A DNA stretch of 50,375 bases, the filler included, from Catajapyx aquilonaris (lineage: Eukaryota), in assembly GCA_000934665.2 (NCBI GenBank). It is 2 parts of 2 records of this genome, joined end to end, with 100 filler letters (N's around TTAATTAATTAA, not from the genome) between each part and the next. Parts side by side here need not be neighbours in the genome. Positions count along the whole stretch, not along the records: positions 1 to 25,010 come from JYFJ02005400.1; 1 more part is not named here. One strand, 5' to 3'. The notes beneath the pieces are model-generated. The model made no database searches. It was not told the origin of the DNA and saw only the letters and a list, made by a program, of their open reading frames with translations. The position numbers and the translations under genes were made by a program. Of the stretch, positions 1 to 12,027 are shown in pieces. Each line of letters opens with the position of its first letter. Positions within the stretch are counted from its first letter, which is position 1.

Positions 1-99
1 CGACGTTGAACTTGGCCGTATTTCAGATCTCACCACTTTTGACGGCCAAGCAGTCAGGAGAACTTGGCCTTTTTTACAGAAAGGTTTTTGGTGGGATAT

Positions 100-155
100 G
101 TATGTCCTGGAATAGTAACTCAAAACTGGCTTGATTGGGAGAGTTGATTTTTAAC
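100..155. mobile_element. Fragment of the TIR of the MITE family also present at 14804-15408
   Basis: ATGTCCTGGAATAGTAACTCAAAACTGGCTTGATTGGGAGAGTTGATTTTTAA closely matches 14841-14895. Confidence 0.75.
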
Positions 156-1463
156 CCTTTGATGACGGATCTTTGATTCTCATCTGAGCCACGTGGAGGA
201 CTATACGCGTCGCCAGAGTCACTCAAATCAGAAAAGGACTGGTCACTGTCCTCTTTGTCCTCATAAACAGGAGCCTGCAACATGCGGAATCAACAATAAA
301 CAGGCATCTAATTCCACACAATCCTTTCCTACTAGTGATGGACTAGGGATGTATATAACTTATTATAAGTGCTTAATGACCATATCAATTTATATAAATA
401 ACATGCCAGATAATTAATTATTGTAGTAATAATTATGTCCTGCAGCTCCCTGATCCAATTATGTTACTTCCTGTCACACTTTCATGAACAATAGTCTATG
501 TCTTACTGACATAGTTTTCAAGTTTTACAATCAAATAATTTCATGGCTGGGAACAACAGAGCATACGTTTATGTGTTTTGGAAATGGTAGACAAACGTGG
601 CAATGCTATATCATTCTATCAATATACCGGTACAAGTAGATAAGAGGTGTCTCTCATGTACTACATAACGAAATTTTCGTGTGTTTCGAATCTCCATGCC
701 GTTCGCGTGGGTTTTATCGTGATTCCGTCGTTTCTTCTCCCAGCTCCCATGATTAAAATCCGTCACGACACGTCGACACAGTAGTAAATGAATTAATGTT
801 GGTCACCTGAAAAGGTGGTCCCATGAAAGGCACCAGTCACTATATCACATGGTGTCCTCTCATTGTTGAGGAGAGTGAAATATCCTGTACCGTACAATAT
901 ATAGCCTACTTACCGACAAAAAACAACAACACACGAGTATGATACAATAAGGGGTGGACACTTGAAGTCCTGAAGAAGGAACTTCCCTAGCCTATAGGGA
1001 GTCACTGCAGTGATGAAAATTAAGCGAATGAGGGCATGGGATTACTTAGCTAATCCCTGGTGAGGGTGAAAAAATGGGGACAGTGGGACCATCTAATCCG
1101 ACGGGTGCGTGCTGATTCGGACACTTCACCCTCGGATTGCGTCACACGAATGGGCGGCCGCTGCTAAAGAGGTAGCAATATTGAAGAGAGAAGGCTGCCA
1201 ACCTATCATTTTCGGCAGGGCGATGAATAAAATATCATATAATTAGGATCGGCTGTAAACCTGCATGTAGTAAAAATGACATTTATTCCCATATATGCAT
1301 GTAATTTTATAAATTATTTTCAAGTAAATAAAGACCAAGTCACGTGACACATTCCAAACACTCGAAGCGGTCATTTGAGGTCAAGTAAGAAGGCTGGCCG
1401 GAGTGTTCCAAAACTTCTTCGGAGGGAAACAACGAGCAAAGCGGACCTCCTCTTGGCCAAGCC

Positions 1464-1565
1464 ATGCCTCACAAGAAGCGAACCTATTGTTGCCCCCAAG
1501 GATGCTCCAGCAAGCATGAAGGACCTTCTGGGTTGACTGGAATATCTTTTCTCCGATTTCCCAAG
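1464..1565 (+). pseudogene. N-terminal half of a THAP (C2CH) zinc-finger domain, copy 1
   Basis: ATG-initiated MPHKKRTYCCPQGCSSKHEGPSGLTGISFLRFPK followed by donor-like AAG|gtgagg. C-x4-C plus SFxRFP is the THAP signature. Too short for the ORF track; downstream half not found. Confidence 0.65.
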
Positions 1566-1990
1566 GTGAGGAGCAGGTGAAGTTAACATGAGATAATATG
1601 AACTTGGGGCTACTGTTTTTTTTTTTGTCATTTTTGAAGCTCCCTCCCCTCAGCCTCTAGTTATACTTTGCCACACTTTGACAACACACCCTCCCCCTCC
1701 CTCTGGCATCATTGCCGCCACAAACTAAATGGGCTGTCACACAATCCTGGAAACAATATTCGGGGTGAGACTAGGCCAAGGAGGCACTGATTGACTGAAC
1801 CCTGCTCTTTTACCAAGTGGATAAAGGGCAGGTCTGAAATAATTGATATAGCGTACCTGTACGGGGTACGCTACTAATAAAGGTAGCCTTCAAGACATTC
1901 TTGTAGTAATAAAAATTACTCCAATATTATATTGGGCTACAAATTGTAGGCTAACTTTATTTGTTTCTCGGTTAGACTTTATTTTTACTA

Positions 1991-2175
1991 CACTGTAAAC
2001 CGCAAAACATTAAAAGAGCATGACTGTTGAGTCTCTGATGGAACATAAATTTTTAATGCTCTTCTAATGCTCTTGTGATGCTTTTTAGCAACAAAAAAGG
2101 ATAACAATAAAGCATTAGAAGAGCATTAAAAATTGATATTCCATGAGAGACTCACCAGTTTTGCGGTTTACAGTG
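1991..2175. mobile_element. MITE with CACTG...CAGTG termini and TA flanks (copy 1)
   Basis: TA-CACTGTAAACCGCAAAAC ... GTTTTGCGGTTTACAGTG-TA; largely palindromic interior. Confidence 0.8.
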
Positions 2176-2623
2176 TACCTGTTAATATATTGAAATTGCT
2201 AATATGACGCTTGAACAATAAATTGGCTCCACTACTGATAATAAATGCATTAAATTACATACATTTTGAAGGCCAGACTCCCAGTGAAGGTTTTTAAAAA
2301 GGAAGGGTACACATAACAACATAAGAGTAACAGACACCAAAGGCATGCAAAAGTAACTGCTTAAAAATAAGCAGCTTACCACTAAAAGTTGCAACTGGAA
2401 TCAAACAAGGATTTCGGATCACTCTGCAGTTGGCACAGATTTTCCTGTCAACCGTTTTACAGCACCTATGATGGCAATTGGAATAATAATTTTTTAAAGA
2501 GTGAAATAGATATCCCCCCTTGCTCTACCCCCCTTGAGAATGACAGTGTGTGTGCACAACCTCGTACTGTAAACGGGTTACATATTACAGTCTACAAGTA
2601 TAACTACTAATTGTTCAAAATTT

Positions 2624-2865
2624 GAAGACCTGTAGTAAAAAAGGTTGTAAGCGCCAAAAATGGAGATATGCAGTAAAAACAGAAGTAAATGCCAAGGGCA
2701 ATATTGTAAAATAGGCATCAAGTGCCAGAAGCAACCCGCAGTAGTTTTTCTTGCAGTCAATAGAATATTATTTCATATGTCACCTCATAGTGATGCCATG
2801 AGAAAAACATCATTTTCTGCATTCTCCCAAAATGGCACTTACAACCTTTTTTACTATAGGTCTTC
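2624..2865. mobile_element. Sola-like MITE (242 bp) with ATTT target-site duplication
   Basis: TIR GAAGACCTGTAGTAAAAAAGGTTGTAAG / CTTACAACCTTTTTTACTATAGGTCTTC with ATTT on both sides. The empty site is visible in copy 2 (~5855-5875, TTGTTCCATATTTTCTGACC). Confidence 0.85.
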
Positions 2866-4712
2866 ATTTTCTGACCGAAACTTTAATTCATATTGTTGGT
2901 TTGGCTGACTGCCACCCATAATGTTTATGTAATGAGCTGTGAAGAAAGAAAGGTTTTATTATTTTAAAAACTAAACAAAAAGGTTCGATAAAATTTACTC
3001 ACGTTGCAGGCATAGGCACATTGACTTCCATGAAATTCAGTTAAAAAATTTAATGATAAAATATTACTTAACTTACAAAAATTGGAATGAATGAATGAAT
3101 GAATGAACAATATAATTTTCTATGGTATATGACCAAGGCAATTTCATTGTTGGATTGTGGTCATTTTTGTCATTTTTGAACTAAACTAACACCTAGCAAC
3201 TATATGTAAAAGACATGACAAACATTTTGGTATACTCAAAGTTCACATATCATGCACCAGACGGCAACACGGGCTGGATGATAACCAACATGCCATATTT
3301 TCAGGCACTTCCTCAAACGGAAAAACATGATAACCGACCCTATTTTTATACGCTTCGCATTCTTCCATTTAATACAGGGTGTAACAAAGGTTTCTGGCCC
3401 AGTCAATATTACACAAGGGAAATTCTCAGTTTTTTAAAGTTACCTGTCATCGTTTATGTTGATATTGTACTCCCATAATCCCCTGTGTGACTCATTTTCC
3501 CGTCCATATCCTCACTCAAATCAGAAAAGGACTGGTCACTGTCCTCTTTGTCCTCATAAACAGGAGCCTGCAACATGTGGAATCAATGATAAGGAGCATC
3601 TAAATCCACACAATCCTTTCCTACCAGTGATGGACTAGGGATGTACTGTACATATTAAGGGCTTAATGACCCATATAAATTTATATAAATAACATGACAG
3701 AAAATGACTTATTGTACCAATAATTATGTCCTGCAGTTCACCTGATCCAATTATGTGACTTCCTGTCACACTTTCATGAACAGTAGGCTATGCCTTACTG
3801 TCATATAGTTTTCAAGGTCTACAATCAAATGATTTCATGGCTGGGAACAACAGAGCATACGTTTATGTGTTTTGGAAATGGAATACAAACTTGGCAATGC
3901 TATCATTCTATCAATATACCGGTACAATTTATATTAGAGGTCTCTTTCATGAACATACAGAAATTTTCATGTGTTTCGATCTCCTTATACCGTTCGCGTG
4001 GGTTTTTTCGTGATTCCCCCGTTGTTTCTCCCAGTTCGCATGATTAAAATCCGTCACGACACAGTGGATGAATCAATGTTGGTCACCTGAAAATATGATG
4101 CCCTGAAAGGCACCAGTAATTATATCACATGACATGGACACATGGTATCCTATTATTGTTGAGGAGAGTGAAACATATACTGTACGCAGTACTTAGTACC
4201 AACAACAAAAACAATAATTATGATAGAAGGGGTGAACACTTGCAGTCCTGAAGAAGGAGAGTAGGAGACTTCTCTAACCTAGGAAGACACTGCGGTGATG
4301 AAAATTAAGCGGATGAGGGTGAAAAAATGGGGACCGTAGGACCATTCTAACCCGACGGGTGCGTGCTGATTCGGACACTTCACCCACGGATTGCGTCACA
4401 CGAATGGGCGGCCGCTGCTAAAGAGGAAGCAAGTGAGAAGGCTGCCAACCTATCATTTTCGGCAGCGGGATGAATAAAATATCTTATAATTAGGATCGGC
4501 TATAAACCTCCATGTAGTAAAGATGAGGTTTAATCCCAAATACGCACGTAATTTTATAAACTATTTTCAAGTAAATGAAGACCAAGTCACGTGACACATT
4601 CCAAACACTCGAAGCGGGGTCATTTGAGGTCAAGTAAGAAGGCTGGCCGGAGTGTTCCAAAACTTCTTCGGAGGGAAACAACGAGCAAAGCGGACCTCCT
4701 CTTGGCCAAGCC

Positions 4713-4825
4713 ATGCCACACAAGAAGCGAACGTATTGTTGCCCCCAAGGATGCTCCAGCAAGCATGAAGGACCTTCTGGGTTGACTGGAATATCTTTTC
4801 ACCGATGTCCCACGGAGAGGAGCAG
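4713..4825 (+). pseudogene. N-terminal half of a THAP domain, copy 2
   Basis: MPHKKRTYCCPQGCSSKHEGPSGLTGISFHRCPTERS, then possible donor AG|gtgcag. Confidence 0.62.
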
Positions 4826-5232
4826 GTGCAGTGAACATGAGATAATATGAAATAGGGGTTACAGAGTTTTTTTTGTCATTTTTGAAGCTCCCTCCCCTCC
4901 ATCTCTATAGTTATACTTTGCCAAACTTTGATAACACACCCTCCCCCTCCCTCTGGTATTTATTACATATTTGCCTCCACAAACTAAATGTTCTGTCACA
5001 CAATCCTGGAAACAACATTCGGGGTGAGACTATAGGCCATTAGAGGCACTGAACCCTGCTCATGTACCAACTGGAAAAATATTGCAGGTCTGAAATAATT
5101 TACATAGCGTACTGGTATGCTACTAACAAAGGTAGCCTTCAAGACATTCCTGTAGTAATAAAAATACTCCAATTATATTGGACTACAAATTGTAGTCTAA
5201 CTTTGTTCGTTTCTGGTTCTTTATTTTTACTA

Positions 5233-5424
5233 CACTGTAAATCGCAAAACATTAAAAGAGCATCACTGTTGAGTCTTTGATGGAACATCAATTTTTAATG
5301 CTTTTATAATGCTCTGCTAATGCTCTTGTGATGCTCTTTAGCAATAAAAAGCATCACAAGAGCATTAAAAGAGCATTAAAAATTGATATTCCATGAGAGA
5401 CTCACCAGTTTGCGGTTTACAGTG
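5233..5424. mobile_element. Same CACTG MITE in duplication copy 2
   Basis: TA-CACTGTAAATCGCAAAAC ... GTTTGCGGTTTACAGTG-TA. Confidence 0.8.
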
Positions 5425-7581
5425 TACCTGTTAATATATTGAAATTCCTAATATGACGCTTGAACAATAAATTGGCTCCACTACTGATAATAAATGTATT
5501 AAATTACATATATTTTGAAGGCCAGACTCCAATTGAAGGTTTTTAACAAGGATGGGTACACATAACAACATAAGAGTAACAGACATCAAAGGCATGCAAA
5601 AGTAACTGCTTAAAAATAAGCAGCTTACCACAAAACGTTGCAACTGGAATCAAACAAGGATTTTGGATCACTCTGCAGTTGGCACAGATTTTCCTGTCAA
5701 CCGTGTTACACCACCGAAGATGGCAATTGGCATAATTATTTTTGTGAGTGAAAATGATATCCTCCCTTGCTCTACCCCCCTTTAGAATGACAATGGCTGT
5801 GCACAACCCCGTACTGTAAACGGGTTACATATTACAGTCTACAAGTATAACAAATTGTTCCATATTTTCTGACCGAAAATTTAATTCATATTGTTGGTTT
5901 GGCTACTGCCACCCATAATGTTTATGTAATGTGCTGATCAAGAAAGAAAGGCATGTCCATTGTAAATGACGTCCTTCAACTCCTATTTGTCGGGTTACTA
6001 CGCATGAACTACTGCCATGTAATGTGTGTTCTATGATCAGAAACTTATGCGGGCATCATGCGGTGAAATATCAATTGGCTCTAATTGATATTACGAAGTG
6101 TATATGGAAAGTGTGAGAGAGTTATGGGCAGCTGCAGAGACACTTAAACAGGACAACAGTGGTAGCATGGTGGAACATACTTATCTTTCGGTTTTTTAAT
6201 ATTTTAAAAACTGAACAAAAAGGTTCGATAAAAGTTACTGACGTTGCAAGCATATAGGAACACCGACTTCCATGAAAAGCAGTTAAGACTTAAATTACAA
6301 AAAAGCACTTATTAAAAGGCAGGGGCTGTGGGTTCACACCGTCATGCCCAGAAACTGCTCATATTTGTTCTGTTCAGTACGGTACCAGACCAGGCTTGGG
6401 AATCTTGGCTCCATAGATTTAAAGTTGTTGCATGTTAATTTTTGATAGGATAGATTTTCCTGCATGGTGTGTGACAGTATACTTGCATACATCTTATGAC
6501 AGCCACCATCCATGTGTGGCCACACGTGGGCCATTCCAACCTGCCACTTACAAACCTCCACTCTTATTGATACCCCTTCATTTCAGAATTGATGTGTGCA
6601 ACCTGGACTAACAGTAAGTTACCTGTGTCACCAATAATGAATTGGAATGTCCTGGCCGGTAAGCCAGGTCTATGAGGAACTGTTCTTTGTTGGTGGCTTG
6701 AAAATACCGTTTACACTCCAGCCTTAACGACCGCAGTGTAAAACCTGCATGTAGCTTCAAAGATAGAATTTTAAGCTCTCTGATGAAGCTCATGTCAAAA
6801 CGCCGTCTTTGCAACAGAACCTACATGTAAGCGGGAGCCTTATTCAACCATATTAGCTAAAAGCTATTTTTTTGCAAGTTATTTCCAGTACTGTTTGGTG
6901 GTTTTCAAACAGACGGCAATGTCTTTCCTAAGTCAAATCTCTTCCTGACCAGTTTGTCATGGTAATACTCCATTGGTGCATTGGACAGACTGCCAGCAGA
7001 ATAATAGGCACAAAAGCAGCAGGGTAGTACCAGTGACACTCACACCAATGTACAGTAGATGTTTGGGAATGTGACTCACCATTTTCACATTTGAGCTTAC
7101 CCATGTCCTGGTGGTGGGAGCACGACTTGGACAATTTCCACCTGTCATTTTGTCTTGGGGCATAAAGAGTGTGACAGTGAATTTCAAATAGGAGATGAAT
7201 GTGACTCCTTAGTCTGTATCCTTTTAAGAATTTACGAAGAAAGCTTCTGTGCATTAGTCGAGTCCTGTTCCTGTAACACTGAGACAGTAATTGGTACTGT
7301 ATGATTTGCAGGGGGAGCTGGATGTTGCGATTCTTGGAATAGGAGAAGTGCTTGCACAATATTCTGGTTGTGATACTGTAAAGCTGGACACCTCTTCCCA
7401 AGTCTTTTGTTCACGTGCCACATGCCATAGTCCTGTGACTGACATCTTCTTCTGACCAATATCAATACCCCGATACACACCAAATCTAACTGTTATAATA
7501 TACATCTTTTCAGACCGCAGCAAGTCGGTAGAAGATGATGATGACAATGATGAAAATCTTCTTTTAATCTGATAAATTTGG

Positions 7582-7675
<94 letters not shown>

Positions 7676-7749
7676 TGATGATCATAAGAAGAAGAAGAAG
7701 AAGAATAATGATGATCATAAGAAGAAGAAGAAGAATAATAATGATGATC

Positions 7750-7825
<76 letters not shown>

Positions 7826-7845
7826 CGATGATGATAATGATGATC

Positions 7846-7877
<32 letters not shown>
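7582..7877. repeat. Compound trinucleotide microsatellite (AAT)n with GAT/AAG interruptions
   Basis: Directly visible. Confidence 0.97.
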
Positions 7878-7900
7878 CAAATCAATAACATTGATATATT

Positions 7901-8102
7901 GTTGAAGACCAGTATCGGCGGAGCTAGTGGACCAGAACGAGGCGCACCTCGTGATAGTTGGTGTGCATTTTCCTACACTTTGCAAGACGCAAGTAAATGT
8001 CATGCAACATTTCGCCAGTCGGAGACTATGCAGAAGAAGACGAAGAAGAAGATGATGATGATGAAGAAGAAGAAGAAGATGATGATGATGATGATGATAC
8101 TA

Positions 8103-8174
<72 letters not shown>

Positions 8175-8515
8175 AACTGACATTGATAATTATTATATTT
8201 ATGAAATCGCCAGTGTCGTCGGACCCGTTGGACAACAATGAGGCGCATGATTTCTTAAGTGTTGTTTATATAATGTTTGAAGTCGCAAGTAGAGGTCCCT
8301 TTGCAAGGCAGAGGCCACGAAGAAGAAGTTCTTCTTTGAATAAGTTAATATTACAAGTGTTGATCTGAGGCCTACCCCTCGTCGCACCTTGATCGTTGAA
8401 GACCAGTGTCGGCGGAGCTGGTGGAGAACGAGGCGCACTTCTTGATTTGTTCCTGATTCTCTGTCATATCTGCACGTCGCAACGTAGGTCATGCAACACT
8501 CTGGAAGACGGAGAC
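7901..8515 (-). repeat. Three diverged ~120-130-bp direct repeats (about 7901-8030, 8201-8320, 8396-8515)
   Basis: Shared blocks CCAGT(A/G)TCG(G/T)CGGA, GAGGCGCA and G(A/T)CGCAA. Minus-strand translations share D(I/L)YLR and RLxxxxxxRR(H/Y)W motifs. Confidence 0.75.
8032..8175. repeat. Compound microsatellite (GAA)n(GAT)n(TAC)n
   Basis: Directly visible. Confidence 0.97.
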
Positions 8516-8929
8516 GATATTATGAAGAAGAAGAAAAATGATAATTGTTGATCAGAGGCCTACCTTGATGCTTCGGTCATTTACTATGTATTTTGGATAT
8601 GCGCAATCAGCATTAAAAGGTAATGCAAGACTCCAATGTTTACAATGTGGTCAGAAGGTGATGTCATATTTGGTACTAAGGTGCCAGATTCAGTGAACTA
8701 TATCTTTACTAGCTGTGACATAATGGTTGTCATATTATTCATCCACTGGAGGAGGTTTCCAACTTTATTCCTACCAGTTTTGTGCACAAATGGCTATATA
8801 GTGTATGAGCATCACCAGGGTATAATATTAAGTAACAGGAAATGGGGACTCGTGCAAAAACATCTCGTCAGTGTCAGCTAGTGTTCCAGGTGGGAAACAT
8901 GTGAGCTCCCTCTTCACAATGATTTGCCA

Positions 8930-9319
8930 GTACTTATGAAAAAGGCACTTACTCATGTGACATGTGTGATGTGACCTCAGAGGTCAAAGGCGGGCAGTAC
9001 AATTCTGTCACAGTGACAAGAAATTCGCTTGGAAATGGATATTCACAGGAGGAATCACACAGGAGAACGACCATTCCTGTGCATATGGTGCGAAAAATGT
9101 TTTTCTTCTAGTACTCATCATTACAACCTTCATGTTCGGGTTCACAAGGGATTGCAACCATTCCATTGCACCATTTGTGGCCAAAGATTTGTCCAGACAG
9201 AACGCTTTCACCGGCACATGTTAATTCACTCAGGTGAGAAGCCTTTTGAATGTAGCACTTGTTGGAAAAATTTCAACCGCAAATGTAATATGCAACGCCA
9301 TATGAAATTAGTGCATTAG
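8930..9319 (+). pseudogene. C2H2 (Kruppel-type) zinc-finger gene 3' end, frameshifted upstream of the last three fingers
   Basis: ORF 9029-9319 has HTGERPF and HSGEKPF linkers and three CxxC...HxxxH fingers ending in TAG. Upstream finger pieces (YSCDMCDV; DKKFAWKW) lie in other frames, and an in-frame TGA sits 5 codons before 9029. Confidence 0.75.
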
Positions 9320-10031
9320 GCAGGGCGTCAAGTTTCATATGAAGAAAAAAAATACCTTTCAAAATTGTCAAGGTAGCTTCAAACATGTGTGAAAATTCGT
9401 GCATAATTCATCACATACGACGATATCGTAGATTTAAGCCAGCTTCATTATTGACCAAGTTTTGAACCAGCAGCAGTACTTATTTAGTTCAATAATTGTT
9501 TTCAGGACTGATGTACAGGCCGGAGATTTGTAATTAAAGCCAGATAGTTATACAGGTGCAAGTGTTATGGTTGGATAATGGAGATGTTTTCAGCGCGATT
9601 TAAGATTACAAAAAATGGCAATCATAAGTCATTGCAGAGTGATTTATTGAGAAGTTATTTTTCTTGCATGGCCCCACTTCTCTGTAGCCAAAGGATATCA
9701 TCATGAGTTAGTGTCAATCATCTACACGTATACATATTGTATGAATAATTTTTCCCAAGTCAGTATCAAAATTTTGAATGTTACATTGGTTGCTTACAGC
9801 AGTGTGACAGAAAAGTGACCGTCTTCCCACCAAAACAAGTCAAACTTAGTAAGTTCACGTCGGTTCACGTTGGACTTAACTTTCTGGAAGGATCTCTACT
9901 TATACCTACTGGATTGAACATAAATCTTTCTTTGTTGTAACTCCTCCTGCAGGCCTATTTGTGTACACTATGGGCATTATGAGAAAAGGGTGTATTGAAC
10001 GTAGATAAATGCTATTAGACTTTACCTGCAG

Positions 10032-11447
10032 GGGGTTCGTGATGAACGTGCTGTGAATCACAGTCTGGTTCCAGAAATGACTGAACAACTGCACAAGGCT
10101 GGTAAGCTAGTCCAAAAAGAGTAGAGAACTTGCATGGAATTGCAGTGAGTGATGACCAAGCCAGTGTAATTTGTAACAGCTTTTTTTTTATTTTGTGTGA
10201 CTGACAATAATAAAACAAAAGACTTGGGATTCTTAGCAAGTATATGCCCTTGAAGGTGCGGATATTTGAAGATTAGTGACTTGAGATCCCAAGTTTTAAA
10301 ATGACCATTTACAGGGAAGCCGCCGTGAAGGCGAACCTGTTGATAATGAGCAGGCCATGGAATCTGCCCAAGCACTCCAAGGCGCAGGCATGTGTTTTAT
10401 ATTCACTCTAATAAACAGTTTTAGGGTGCTGCATCAACATGAATAAACACAATATGTGACATACATTTGCATGCATTACTAGTACATCAAGAGTCTATAT
10501 AACATCATCATTATTCTAATATATGTGAAATATGATAATATTTATGCAGGAGAAATCTTCACACATGTGATAATGATTCCTGCATTTCTTTTGCAGGAGA
10601 GGGTAAATTGGGCACAGATGAAGAGGCATTCAATAACATTTTGGCTCACCAAAGCTTTGCCCAGCTGCGTCTAGTTTTTGAGGAGTACAAAAAAGTGACG
10701 GGACGCACCTTGGAGGAAGCCATTAATGCTGAGCTGGCTGGAGAATTGCATGATGGGCTTCTAGCCATTGGTAATAATTATCCTTTCAATGCACATGATC
10801 TTCAGATAGCAATTCATTAGTCATAATGCAGCAGGTGTAATGAATGGTTAAACATTGTATACTCATGTTGATCAATATTGTAATAATTTTTATTGCAGTG
10901 AAGTCTGTGCAATGCCGACCAGCATATTTTGCAGCCAAACTGCATAAAGCTATGGAAGGTATGGGCACTGAGGATTCCACTGTCATTCGTATCATTGTCA
11001 GTCGTGCTGAATCAGATCTCGGGAACATCAAGGAGGAGTTTGAGCGCGTGTACGGGAAGACACTGGAGAGCGCCTTGACGGTAAGGTTAATTTCCATTGC
11101 ACCAGGAGGAAGCATATTACTTGACAGCAGCACTTCCTGAAAGAATGTGACCAGCAAGCATTGGTTGATGTACTATGTGATATCCCTTCAAATAAGGTCT
11201 AATAGAGCATGCCCAGTATCATGCAGTCCTTACATTCCCTCAATATCAGCTTCAGTGAATAATGTGAAACTTGAAAAATTGGACAGTGCCATAAATATTG
11301 ATGTAAATATTATTGAAGGTTCTAGCCCAGCGCATCAATACTGGAACGTCACTGATTCCGATTTTCATTGCATAATTACAGGGAGAGACATCTGGTGACT
11401 ATCGCAGTGCACTTCTCCATCTTCTGGGACCTCGTCGAAGACAATAA
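10032..11447 (+). CDS. AnxB10: Annexin B10-like, last four exons (10032-10101, 10597-10770, 10899-11080, 11382-11447); 5' exons not found in the window
   Basis: Spliced translation [54 protein letters not shown]...[32 protein letters not shown]...[16 protein letters not shown]. These are annexin repeats 3-4 with GxGT(D/E) motifs; all introns GT-AG with consistent phases. Subfamily call is from recalled similarity. Confidence 0.93.
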
Positions 11448-12027
11448 ATTCTTTTCTTTCTCAAGCCCTGATCATCATCTTGTGGGTAGCCCAAGTCAGA
11501 ACACATTCTTTCACTATGCCAGTGTATGTTTGTGAATCGACCATCCATGTTGAGTGTCTTATCTGCTATACTAATAACCAAGCATTACAAGCTCTATTTT
11601 GGGTTTACCCACATAATGATACTGGCAGTAATGTCAAAATGCTTGCTTATATACAGTATATCTGTCATAGCCTATTTACGCCACATGCATGGTAAACATT
11701 AGAAAATATAGACCTGTAGGTGTATACATGGAGAATTAGAAATGTCCTTGGGGTAATTTTTGCCTTATTTTCCAATTCAAATGGTATGGTACAAATTCCC
11801 AGTTAGGCTGCAACAAGTACAGTACTGTACAACTGTGGGTATATTAATCAGGTCCAGTTAATTAACAGAGTCCATATATTGTTTTCAAGTATGGAATTTG
11901 TCAGTAATTATATGCCGAGATTGGCAAATGTACTACTTCTAAATAAATTGTGACACCTTGGCATTGGGGCAACTAATATGCCTTTTAATTACCATTAGTG
12001 TTGTATATGGTGTGTGTGAGGGGGAGG

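Larger units (their letters stand above)
218..3045. repeat. Segmental tandem duplication, copy 1 (~2.8 kb)
   Basis: Colinear with 3512-6290 from TCACTCAAATCAGAAAAGGACTGG through ...GACTTCCATGAAA..CAGTTAA, with many substitutions and indels. Endpoints are approximate. Confidence 0.95.
3512..6290. repeat. Segmental tandem duplication, copy 2
   Basis: Same sequence blocks and order as 218-3045. Lacks the 2624-2865 MITE and has an extra ~240 bp at ~5951-6190. Confidence 0.95.

Noticed and set aside
2389..2610. LCSWHRF as the missing second half of the THAP domain
   Set aside because: Spacing is off from CxxHF followed by the AVP motif, there is no upstream conserved W, and no convincing acceptor.
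6334..7483. Cluster of 68-157-aa minus-strand ORFs
   Set aside because: No recognisable domain or consistent splice model; may be antisense to decayed coding sequence.
7254..8368. Long ORFs with poly-I, poly-N, poly-Y, poly-L and poly-S tracts
   Set aside because: By-products of trinucleotide microsatellites lacking stops in some frames; no coding signal.
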